Assembly: GCA_963749705.1 (NCBI GenBank)
Contig: CAVVNQ010000003.1
Location: 128,001-192,000 of the forward strand
Length of the DNA: 64,000 nucleotides
Reading direction: 5' to 3'
From: an uncultured Chloroflexia bacterium
GTDB taxonomy: Bacteria; Chloroflexota; Limnocylindria; Limnocylindrales; CSP1-4
In this document: positions 22,585 to 31,233 of the stretch, piece after piece
Layout: every line of letters begins with the position of its first letter
How positions within the stretch are numbered: position 1 is the first letter of the stretch
Made by a program: the position numbers and the translations under genes
The notes under the pieces: generated by a model
Seen by the model: the letters and a program-made list of their open reading frames with translations, nothing else
Database searches by the model: none
What the model was told of the DNA's origin: nothing

Positions 22585-25233
22585 ATGGCCGACCTGATCA
22601 CGCGCCCCGACAGCCCCATCGAGCGGCGTGACGCCCGTCCCGATCAGCCCACGCTGCTGGACACCGTCACGGCCCGCGAGGACACGCTCGCCGAGCGCCT
22701 GATCACGACCCAGTCGCCGCAGCGGCCGCAGAGCACGCCGCGGATCCGGATCGAGGTCGATGGCCGGGTCGTCGAGGGGTTCGAGGGCCAGACGATCCTC
22801 GAGGTCTGCCGCGACAACGGGATCGAGATCCCGACCCTGTGCTACGAGCCCAAGCTGCCCGGCTTCGGCGCCTGCCGGATGTGCGTGGTCGAGGTCGAGG
22901 GCGAGGACACGCCGCCCATCTCCTGCTCGCGGGTCGCCGATGCGGGGATGGTGGTCCAGACGCAGACGGACGAGCTGCGGCGCCTGCGCAGGACCAACCT
23001 GGAGCTGATCTTCAGCGACCACAACGCCTACTGCCTGCCACCGTGCCAGAACAAGTGCCCCAGCCACATCGACATCCCGGGCTTCCTCAAGGCCAACGCC
23101 GAAGCCGACTGGCGCGAGTCCGCGCGGATCTTCAAGCGCACGATCCCCTTCCCGAGCGTGCTCGGCCGGGTGTGCCCGGCCCCGTGCGAGGAGCACTGCC
23201 GCCGCGACGAGGTGGACGAGGCGATCGCCATCCGCGACAGCCACCGGTACGCCGGCGACCAGGTGCTGCGGGCGATGCTCGACGAGGACGTCGATCCGCC
23301 GATCCCGTTCGAGCGCCAGGCGCCGTCCGGTCGCCGGGCCGCGGTCATCGGGTCCGGGCCGGCGGGCATGAGCGCCGCCTACTACCTCCTGCTCAACGGC
23401 CACGACGTCACCGTGTTCGAGCGCGATCCCGCGCCGGGCGGCATGCTGCGGTACGGGATCCCGCAGTACCGGCTGCCCAAGGTGGAGGTCCTCGAGGCCG
23501 AGTACGAGTCCGTGTGGCGGCTGGGCGGCAAGCTCGAGTGCAACCAGGCACTGGGCCGCGACTTCACGCTCGACGACCTCCAGAACCAGGGCTACGACGC
23601 GGTCGTCGTCGCGATCGGCTGCTACAACACCAACAAGCTGGGCATCCCCAACGAGGACGCCGACGGCGTCATCGACGGACTGGAGTATCTCCGCACCGCC
23701 ACGCTCGGGCTGCCCTACCCGGGGCATGCCGGGACCCGGGTGGTGGTCATCGGCGGCGGCTTCACGTCGATGGACTGCAGCCGCACCTCGATCCGCCAGG
23801 GCGCCAGCGACGTGACCCTGGTGTACCGCCGCGACATGAAGGACATGCCGGCGTCGGGCGAGGTCCACGAGGCGATCGAGGAAGGCGTCACGGCGATCTT
23901 CCAGGCCGGCCCGACGCGCGTGATCACGGATGACAAGACGGGCAAGGTCACCGGGGTCGAGTTCATCCGGATGGCGCTGGGCGAGCCCGATGCGTCCGGC
24001 CGGCGGCGCCCGGAGCCCGCACCGGGCACCGAGTTCACGGTCCCCTGCGATCGCGTCCTGCTCGCGATCGGGCAGGGTCCGGAGCTGGACTGGATCGGAC
24101 CCGGGTCCGAGGGACCGGTCGCGACGCGACAGCATCGGCTGGCCTCGGATGCGGTGACCTTCGAGACCGCGCGCCCGGGCGTGTTCGGCACCGGCGACGT
24201 GCGGATCGGCGCGGCGACGGTCGTCCAGGCGATCGCGGAGGGCCGCCGCGCGGCGTACGCCGTGGACGCCTACCTCAAGGGCCAGGACCTCGCCGCGATC
24301 CGCACCCGCCAGACCCTCGCCGAGCCGCAGCCCGAGTTCCTCTCGATCGTGCCGTTCACGGGCGAGGTCAAGGAGCCGCGCTACCGCCTCAAGGCGCTCG
24401 AGGCCGAGGCGCGCAACGACAGCTACGTCGAGTACGAGATCCCGTACACCCGGGACGAGGCGGTCGCGGAGTCGACGCGCTGCCTCCAGTGCACCTGCGA
24501 GGCGATCGGGTTCTGCGACCTGCGTCGGCTGGGCATCGAGTACGGGACGACGCTCAGGACGCTCGAGCCCGCGTTCCACCAGGGCGCCGGCTACCGGAGC
24601 GTGACCGAGAACCGGTTCACCGGGCGCAACCACGACTACGTCCGCGACGACAGCCACGCGTTCATCCTGCGCGAGCCCGCCCGGTGCATCGACTGCGGCC
24701 GATGCGCCAACGTGTGCGCCGAGGTCGTCGGTGCCGCGTGCTACGACTTCATGCGGATCGGCTTCGACACACTGGTCACGACGCCGCTCGACATGAGCCT
24801 CAACGACACGCCCTGCGTGTCCTGCGGCCGGTGCGCCGAGACGTGCCCGACCGGAGCCCTGATGCCCAAGCCACGGGTGCTCCAGAAGTACGAGGTCGAC
24901 GAGAGCCGCTGCATCCTGTGCGGGATCTGCGTCGACGCCTGCCCCTACGATGCCGTGCGCGACAGCGACCAGTTCGAGCTCAGCCACACGTCGCGCGTGG
25001 AGCCGATGATCGACCTCCTCGCGCTGGCCGCGGTCGAGCGCGAGACCGAGATGAGCTATATCCGCCGCGAGCGTGACTGGGCGGAGCGAGCCCGGGCCGA
25101 GGGCCGTGTCCTCGACTCGTCCCGGCTGCTCCCCGTCCTGCCCGCCTCGTTTGCGAGCGGCAATGGAAACGGGAACGGCCACGGAAGCGGACCTGCGTCC
25201 GCGTCCGCGACGGCCCATGCCCACGATCACTGA
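22585..25233 (+). CDS. Multidomain Fe-S flavoprotein: NuoG-like [2Fe-2S] + GltD-type FAD/NAD(P)H domain + 2x[4Fe-4S] + NuoI C-terminal half
   Basis: IPTLC...GACRMC...SC; PCQNKCP...GRVCPAPCEEHC; GSGPAG, GGMLRYGIPQYRLP, GGGFTSMD, YRR; CIDCGRCANVC, CVSCGRCAETCP; YEVDESRCILCGICVDACP...FELS. Confidence 0.88.
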   Translation: MADLITRPDSPIERRDARPDQPTLLDTVTAREDTLAERLITTQSPQRPQSTPRIRIEVDGRVVEGFEGQTILEVCRDNGIEIPTLCYEPKLPGFGACRMCVVEVEGEDTPPISCSRVADAGMVVQTQTDELRRLRRTNLELIFSDHNAYCLPPCQNKCPSHIDIPGFLKANAEADWRESARIFKRTIPFPSVLGRVCPAPCEEHCRRDEVDEAIAIRDSHRYAGDQVLRAMLDEDVDPPIPFERQAPSGRRAAVIGSGPAGMSAAYYLLLNGHDVTVFERDPAPGGMLRYGIPQYRLPKVEVLEAEYESVWRLGGKLECNQALGRDFTLDDLQNQGYDAVVVAIGCYNTNKLGIPNEDADGVIDGLEYLRTATLGLPYPGHAGTRVVVIGGGFTSMDCSRTSIRQGASDVTLVYRRDMKDMPASGEVHEAIEEGVTAIFQAGPTRVITDDKTGKVTGVEFIRMALGEPDASGRRRPEPAPGTEFTVPCDRVLLAIGQGPELDWIGPGSEGPVATRQHRLASDAVTFETARPGVFGTGDVRIGAATVVQAIAEGRRAAYAVDAYLKGQDLAAIRTRQTLAEPQPEFLSIVPFTGEVKEPRYRLKALEAEARNDSYVEYEIPYTRDEAVAESTRCLQCTCEAIGFCDLRRLGIEYGTTLRTLEPAFHQGAGYRSVTENRFTGRNHDYVRDDSHAFILREPARCIDCGRCANVCAEVVGAACYDFMRIGFDTLVTTPLDMSLNDTPCVSCGRCAETCPTGALMPKPRVLQKYEVDESRCILCGICVDACPYDAVRDSDQFELSHTSRVEPMIDLLALAAVERETEMSYIRRERDWAERARAEGRVLDSSRLLPVLPASFASGNGNGNGHGSGPASASATAHAHDH

Positions 25234-25242
25234 GAGGGACGC

Positions 25243-25779
25243 GTGACGCTGCCGGATACGATCCCGCTGATCGGGATCGGGTGGGATGACCTGCTGTTCC
25301 TGGCCCTGGCCGGGGTGATGGTCGGTGCCGCGCTGCTGGTCGTCACGATGCGCGACATCATCCGCTGCGGCCTGGCCATGATCGTGTGCTTCGGCGCCCT
25401 GGCGGGGCTGTACGTGCTTGCCGGGGCCCCGTTCGTCGCCGCCGCGCAGGTGCTGGTGTACATCGGCGCGATCAGCGTCCTGGTCCTGTTCGCGATCATG
25501 CTCACGCAGACGAAGGCGGGCCCGAGGGCGCTGGTGTTCCAGACGCAGGCGGTCCCCGCGGCGATCGCGGCGGTGATCCTCGCGATCCTGATCGCGGTCA
25601 CGGTCACGGCGACCGACTGGCCCCAGTCGGCGGGACGGATCTGGACGCGAACCGCCGACGTCGCGGCGACCCTGTTCTCCTCGTTCGTGCTCCCGTTCGA
25701 GGTGGTGAGCGTGCTGCTGCTCGCGGCCGTGATCGGCGGGGTGTTCATCGCCAAGCGGGAGCGGGGAGGGCCTGACTGA
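25243..25779 (+). CDS. nuoJ: NADH-quinone oxidoreductase subunit J
   Basis: AAQVLVYIGAISVLVLFAIML, LPFEVVSVLLLAAVIG. Confidence 0.95.
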   Translation: MTLPDTIPLIGIGWDDLLFLALAGVMVGAALLVVTMRDIIRCGLAMIVCFGALAGLYVLAGAPFVAAAQVLVYIGAISVLVLFAIMLTQTKAGPRALVFQTQAVPAAIAAVILAILIAVTVTATDWPQSAGRIWTRTADVAATLFSSFVLPFEVVSVLLLAAVIGGVFIAKRERGGPD

Positions 25780-26111
25780 TGCTGGCCGCCCTGCACAACC
25801 TGTCCCAGACCCTGGATGCGTATCTCGTGCTCGCGGGGCTGCTGTTCGCGATCGGTGCGTTCGGCTTCCTGGCCCGGCGCAACGCGATCAGCATGCTGAT
25901 GTCGATCGAGCTGATGCTCAACGGCGTCAACCTCGCGATCATCGCGTTCGGCGCGTTCAGCCCCTCGCTCAAGACCAGCGCCTCGGTGATCGCGCTGATC
26001 GTGATGGCCGCCGCCGCCGCCGAGGCGACCGTCGGCCTCGCCATCGTGATCGCGATCTACCGCAACCGGAAGACGCCGCTCGTCGACGAGTACGACGACA
26101 TGCGGCAGTAG
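25779..26111 (+). CDS. nuoK: NADH-quinone oxidoreductase subunit K
   Basis: RRNAISMLMSIELMLN, AAAEATVGLAI. Confidence 0.96.
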   Translation: MLAALHNLSQTLDAYLVLAGLLFAIGAFGFLARRNAISMLMSIELMLNGVNLAIIAFGAFSPSLKTSASVIALIVMAAAAAEATVGLAIVIAIYRNRKTPLVDEYDDMRQ

Positions 26112-26121
26112 GCGCCGATCG

Positions 26122-28110
26122 ATGTACGAGACCCTGATCCCGCTGATCGTGCTGCTGCCGATCGCCGGCTTCGCGTTCACGGCGCTGTTCGGTCGCCGGC
26201 TCCAGCTCACATTCGGACGCTGGGCGTCGGAGATCGTGCCGGTGGGCGGCGTGATCGCGGTGTGGGTGATCGCGATGATCGTGGTCGCCGGGGCGCTCGG
26301 CCACAACGAGGCGTTCGGCGAGCACGGCCTCGACGTCAAGCTCTGGACGTGGATCCCGGCCGGGGCGTTCAGCGTGGACCTCGGCTTCCACGTGGACACG
26401 CTGACGGCCGCGCTGCTGATCGTGGTCACCACGATCGGCATGCTCGTCCACGTGTACTCGATCGGGTACATGGCGCACGACGACGGGACGTGGCGCTTCT
26501 TCGCCTACCTCAACCTGTTCATGTTCTCGATGCTGCTGCTGGTGCTCGCCAACAGCTGGCTGCTGGTGTTCGCGGGCTGGGAGCTGGTCGGGCTGTGCAG
26601 CTACCTGCTGATCGGCTTCTGGTACCGCAAGCGCTCGGCATCGCTGGCGGCCAAGAAGGCGTTCATCGTCAACCGCGTGGGCGACGTCGGGTTCGCGCTG
26701 GGGATCATGGCGATCTTCGTCAACACCGGCACGCTCAACATCCAGGACTCGCTGGCGAAGCTGATCGAGGCGCCGGCCGGGACGCTGACGATCCCGCTCT
26801 CGATCATCGCCCTGCTCGTGTTCGCGGGCGCGATGGGGAAGAGCGCGCAGTTCCCGCTCCACGTGTGGCTCCCGGACGCGATGGAAGGTCCGACCCCCGT
26901 CTCGGCCCTGATCCACGCGGCGACCATGGTCAACGCCGGCGTCTACCTCATCGCCCGCGCCAACCCGCTGTTCGCCCACGCCCAGGACGCGATGGTGGTG
27001 GTGGCCGCGATCGGCATCTTCACGGCGATCCTGGCCGCCTCGATCGCGTTCACCCAGACCGACATCAAGCGCGTGCTCGCGTACTCCACGCTGAGCCAGC
27101 TGGGGTACATGTTCGCGGCCCTCGGCGTCGGCGCGTTCGTGCCCGCGATCTTCCACCTGATGACCCACGGGTTCTTCAAGGGCCTGCTGTTCCTCGGTTC
27201 GGGCTCGGTGATCCACGCCGTCCACGAGGAGCAGGACATGAACCGCATGGGCGCCCTGTGGCGGAAGATCCCGATCACGCACTGGACGATGTTCGTGGCC
27301 ACGTTCGCCATCGCGGGCATCCCGCCGCTGGCCGGGTTCTTCTCCAAGGACGAGATCCTGGGCGAGTCGTTCAAGTTCGGCTTCACCTGGGTGTGGCTGA
27401 TCGGCGTCGTCGTCGCGGTCATGACGGCGTTCTACATGTGGCGCCTGATGGGCAAGACGTTCTACGGCGAGAGCCGCGTCGACCCGCACGTCGAGCCCAA
27501 AATCCACGAGTCCGCGTGGCAGATGACGCTGCCCCTGGTCCTGCTCGCGATCCCGGCCGCGCTGCTGGGCATTGCGCTGACGTGGGGCGGGCCGCCGCTG
27601 TTCTCCGGCACGGGCCTGCTGGCCGGCTGGCTGGAGCCCGTGTTCGCCGACTCGGAGCACCTGCTCCACGGCAACCCGGAGGCGTTCGCGCTGGCGGGCG
27701 TCGACGGGATCCTGATCCTGATCAGCGTGGCCGCGGCCACGCTCGGCCTGGTCGCCGGCCTGTGGCTGTTCGGTGCCTTCCGCGCCCGTGGCAACCGCGA
27801 GCTGGTGGACCGGATCGCCGGCGCCAACGGCGCCACGCGGTTCCTGTATCGGGCCACCCTCAACAAGTGGTGGTTCGACGAGCTCAACGACCTGCTGTTC
27901 ATCCGGATCGGCGGGCGGGTGGCGGCGGCCATGTGGTGGTTCGACCGGACGATCGTCGATGGCACAGTCAACGGCGTCGGCGCGCTCACGCGTGACGCGG
28001 GCGGGGGCCTGCGCCGGATCCAGACCGGACACGTCCAGAACTACGCGCTGGGGATCGCGATCGGCCTGCTCGTGATGGCAGGCTCGTTCCTCGTGATCGT
28101 GAGCCGCTGA
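26122..28110 (+). CDS. nuoL: NADH-quinone oxidoreductase subunit L
   Basis: GKSAQFPLHVWLPDAMEGPTPVSALIHAATMV, HGFFKGLLFLGSG, QTGHVQNY. Confidence 0.97.
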   Translation: MYETLIPLIVLLPIAGFAFTALFGRRLQLTFGRWASEIVPVGGVIAVWVIAMIVVAGALGHNEAFGEHGLDVKLWTWIPAGAFSVDLGFHVDTLTAALLIVVTTIGMLVHVYSIGYMAHDDGTWRFFAYLNLFMFSMLLLVLANSWLLVFAGWELVGLCSYLLIGFWYRKRSASLAAKKAFIVNRVGDVGFALGIMAIFVNTGTLNIQDSLAKLIEAPAGTLTIPLSIIALLVFAGAMGKSAQFPLHVWLPDAMEGPTPVSALIHAATMVNAGVYLIARANPLFAHAQDAMVVVAAIGIFTAILAASIAFTQTDIKRVLAYSTLSQLGYMFAALGVGAFVPAIFHLMTHGFFKGLLFLGSGSVIHAVHEEQDMNRMGALWRKIPITHWTMFVATFAIAGIPPLAGFFSKDEILGESFKFGFTWVWLIGVVVAVMTAFYMWRLMGKTFYGESRVDPHVEPKIHESAWQMTLPLVLLAIPAALLGIALTWGGPPLFSGTGLLAGWLEPVFADSEHLLHGNPEAFALAGVDGILILISVAAATLGLVAGLWLFGAFRARGNRELVDRIAGANGATRFLYRATLNKWWFDELNDLLFIRIGGRVAAAMWWFDRTIVDGTVNGVGALTRDAGGGLRRIQTGHVQNYALGIAIGLLVMAGSFLVIVSR

Positions 28111-29645
28111 TGAACGTCTCGGACTTCCCGATCGTCTCGCTGATCACGTTCCTGCCCCTCGCCGGCGCGATCGTGGTCGCGTTCCTGCCGGGCAGCCGCC
28201 CGAACCTCGCCCGGTACACCGCCCTCGGGTTCGCGCTGGCCGCGTGGGTCGCCTCGCTGATCCTCCTGGTCGGCTTCACGCCCGGGCGTCCCGGGTTCGA
28301 GTACATCGACCAGCAGGCGTGGGTGCCCCTGTTCGGGATCCAGTACAAGGTGGGCGTCGACGGGCTGTCGCTGGCGATGGTCGTGCTGACGACGACGCTG
28401 ACCTGGATCAGCATCCTTGCCTCGTTCCGGCCGATCCAGAACCGGGTCAAGGAGTACATGGTCTCGTTCCTGGTCCTCGAGGTCGGCATGACCGGGGTGT
28501 TCGTGTCGCTCGACCTGTTCCTGTTCTACGTGTTCTGGGAGATCGTCCTCGTCCCGATGTACCTGATCATCGGGATCTGGGGCGGCGCGAACCGGATCTA
28601 CGCGACGATCAAGTTCGTCCTGTACACGCTGGTCGGCTCGCTGCTGATGCTGGTCGCGATCCTGGCGACCGCGTTCACGTACCAGGCCGCGACGGGCAGC
28701 TGGGCCGGGGCGTTCGACCTCACCGTGCTGCGCGGCTTCCCGTTCGACTCGACGTTCCAGATGCTCGCGTTCGGTGCGTTCTTCCTCGCGTTCGCGATCA
28801 AGGTCCCGATGTTCCCGTTCCACACCTGGCTGCCCGACGCGCACGTCGAGGCGCCGACCGCCGGGTCGGTGATCCTGGCCGGCGTCCTGCTCAAGTTGGG
28901 CGGCTACGGGTTCATCCGGTTCGCGCTGCCGTTGTATCCGGATGCGGCCCAGACCTTTGCCCCCGCGATCATCGTGCTCAGCCTGATCGCGATCATCTAC
29001 GGCGCCATCGTGGCGCTGGTCCAGCCCGACCTCAAGAAGCTGGTCGCCTACTCCTCGGTCAGCCACATGGGCTTCGTGACCCTCGGCATCTTCGTGTTCC
29101 AGCAGCAGGCGCTCCAGGGCGCGATCCTCCAGATGGTCAACCACGGGCTGATCACCGGGGCCCTGTTCCTGCTGGTGGGCGTGATCTACGAACGGACCCA
29201 CGACCGCACGATCGCCAAGATGGGCGGCCTCGGCGCGCCGGTACCCGTCTATGCGGCCGCGTTCGGGTTCTTCGTGTTCGCGTCAGTCGGGCTGCCGGGC
29301 CTGTCGGGCTTCGTCGGGGAGTTCCTGACCCTGGTCGGGACGTTCTCCGTGTACCCGGTGGCAGCCGCCGTGGCGACGTTCGTGATGATCCTGGCCGCCG
29401 GCTACCTGCTGTGGATGGTCCAGCGGGTGGCGTTCGGCGAGCTGTCCGAGTTCCTCAAAGGTCTGGGCGACCACCTGACCGACATGAAGCCGGTGGAGGC
29501 GCTGACCCTCGTGCCGCTGGGCGCACTGGTCGTCGTGTTCGGGCTGTTCCCCGGGCTGGTCCTGGATCTTGTGTCCGGGTCGGTGACCTCGACGCTCAAC
29601 GCCGTGGCGCAGGGCGCGCCGATCGCGTTCGGGCTGTGGCGGTAG
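28110..29645 (+). CDS. nuoM: NADH-quinone oxidoreductase subunit M
   Basis: KVPMFPFHTWLPDAHVEAPTAGSVILAGVLLK, AYSSVSHMG. Confidence 0.97.
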   Translation: MNVSDFPIVSLITFLPLAGAIVVAFLPGSRPNLARYTALGFALAAWVASLILLVGFTPGRPGFEYIDQQAWVPLFGIQYKVGVDGLSLAMVVLTTTLTWISILASFRPIQNRVKEYMVSFLVLEVGMTGVFVSLDLFLFYVFWEIVLVPMYLIIGIWGGANRIYATIKFVLYTLVGSLLMLVAILATAFTYQAATGSWAGAFDLTVLRGFPFDSTFQMLAFGAFFLAFAIKVPMFPFHTWLPDAHVEAPTAGSVILAGVLLKLGGYGFIRFALPLYPDAAQTFAPAIIVLSLIAIIYGAIVALVQPDLKKLVAYSSVSHMGFVTLGIFVFQQQALQGAILQMVNHGLITGALFLLVGVIYERTHDRTIAKMGGLGAPVPVYAAAFGFFVFASVGLPGLSGFVGEFLTLVGTFSVYPVAAAVATFVMILAAGYLLWMVQRVAFGELSEFLKGLGDHLTDMKPVEALTLVPLGALVVVFGLFPGLVLDLVSGSVTSTLNAVAQGAPIAFGLWR

Positions 29646-29655
29646 GAGGACGATC

Positions 29656-31119
29656 GTGAGCTTCTCCGACGCCGCGACCGTCGCGCCGTTCATCGCCGCC
29701 ATCCTGGTCGCCGGCGCGATCCTCGTGGTCGACTTCATCGCCCCCGGACGCAAGGGCCCGGCCCTGGCGGCCGCGTTCATCGGGCTGGCGCTCGTGGCCG
29801 CGCTGGCGGCGGTGGTGGGGCAGGACGAGCGCACGGCATTCCAGGGGGCCTACGTCGTCGATCCCCTGACGACCTTCCTGGACATCCTGTTCGTCGCGAT
29901 CGTCGCGCTGACCATCGCGTTCGCGCCCGACTACCTGGAGGAACGCGGCCTCCCGGTGCCCGAGTTCGCTGCCGTGCTCGTGTTCGCGATGGCCGGCGCG
30001 ATGCTGATCTCGGCCTCCGCGGACCTGCTGGTCCTGTTCCTGGGACTCGAGCTGATGGTCCTGCCGGGCTACCTGCTCGCCGGCTACCACAAGTCGGACG
30101 GCTACTCAACCGAGGGCGCGATCAAGTACTTCCTGCTGGGCTCGTTCTCGAGCGCGATCTTCCTGTTCGGCCTCGTGTTCGTGTGGGGCACGACCGGCAC
30201 CACCAGCATCGCGGGCGTGGGCGCCGCGCTGACGCTGATCTCGGGTGGTGGCGCGGCCCTGTCTCCGGGGCTGGGCATGGGTCTCGCGTTCCTGACCACG
30301 GGCGTCGCGTTCAAGATCGCGGCGGTCCCGTTCCACTACTGGACACCCGACGCGTACCAGGGCTCACCCACGCCGGTGACCGGCTGGCTGTCGGTCGGCC
30401 CGAAGGTGGGCGCCTTCGCCCTGATCATCCGGCTGTTCGCGTCGGCGCTGGGACCGCTCGCCGCCGACTGGAACATCGTGATCATGGTCCTCGCGGCGAC
30501 CACGATGACCCTGGGCAACCTCGTCGCCCTGACCCAGGACAACGTCAAGCGCATGCTCGCCTACTCCTCGATCGCGCATACCGGCTACATGCTGGTGGGC
30601 TTTGCGGCGTTCGGCGCCGGGCAGATCCAGGGTCTCGAGGGGCTCCTGTACTACGGCGCGGCCTACGCGTTCATGAACCTGGGCGCGTTCGCGGTCATCG
30701 CCGCCGTTCAGAAGCGGCTCGGCGTGAGCAGCAACCTGTCGACCTTCGCCGGCCTGGTCCGCCGGGAGCCGGCGTTGGCGATCCTGATGACGCTGTTCCT
30801 GCTGTCGCTCACCGGGATCCCCCCGACGGCCGGGTTCTTCGGCAAGTTCTACGTCATCCTGGCGGCCGTCCAGGCCGGGGGCTGGCTGAACGTCCTGGCC
30901 GTCCTGGCCATGCTCAACGCCGCTGCTGCCGCCTTCTACTACCTGCGCGTGGTCGTGTACATGTACATGCGCGATCCCGCCGGCGAGGTGCCGGTCGTGC
31001 CGCATGGCCGTCTCGTGTGGACCGGGCTCGCCGTGACGTCGGTGCTCACGATCGTGCTGGGGATGTTCCCGGGCGTCCTGCTCGAGATCGTCGGCAGCGC
31101 CGCCCGCGCGGTCGGATAG
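29656..31119 (+). CDS. nuoN: NADH-quinone oxidoreductase subunit N
   Basis: EGAIKYFLLG, FKIAAVPFHYWTPDAYQGSP, KRMLAYSSIAHTGY, GIPPTAGFFGK. Confidence 0.96.
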   Translation: MSFSDAATVAPFIAAILVAGAILVVDFIAPGRKGPALAAAFIGLALVAALAAVVGQDERTAFQGAYVVDPLTTFLDILFVAIVALTIAFAPDYLEERGLPVPEFAAVLVFAMAGAMLISASADLLVLFLGLELMVLPGYLLAGYHKSDGYSTEGAIKYFLLGSFSSAIFLFGLVFVWGTTGTTSIAGVGAALTLISGGGAALSPGLGMGLAFLTTGVAFKIAAVPFHYWTPDAYQGSPTPVTGWLSVGPKVGAFALIIRLFASALGPLAADWNIVIMVLAATTMTLGNLVALTQDNVKRMLAYSSIAHTGYMLVGFAAFGAGQIQGLEGLLYYGAAYAFMNLGAFAVIAAVQKRLGVSSNLSTFAGLVRREPALAILMTLFLLSLTGIPPTAGFFGKFYVILAAVQAGGWLNVLAVLAMLNAAAAAFYYLRVVVYMYMRDPAGEVPVVPHGRLVWTGLAVTSVLTIVLGMFPGVLLEIVGSAARAVG

Positions 31120-31233
31120 CCGGCGCCGACCCCGGTCGGACGGGCGCAGCGGCGCGCTCCCGGGCACGCTGCGCATCACGGTCGCACGGCTCCGGCTCGA
31201 GGTCCGATTCGACCCGTCGGGCATACTTGAGGC

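Noticed and set aside
16328-31119. Group 4 NiFe hydrogenase, FeFe hydrogenase or formate dehydrogenase interpretation of the operon
   Set aside because: NuoD lacks both NiFe CxxC motifs and keeps quinone-site His/Tyr; no H-cluster or molybdopterin domain present
26122-31119. 2M-type complex I (extra NuoM) known from some Chloroflexota
   Set aside because: Only one each of nuoL, nuoM and nuoN
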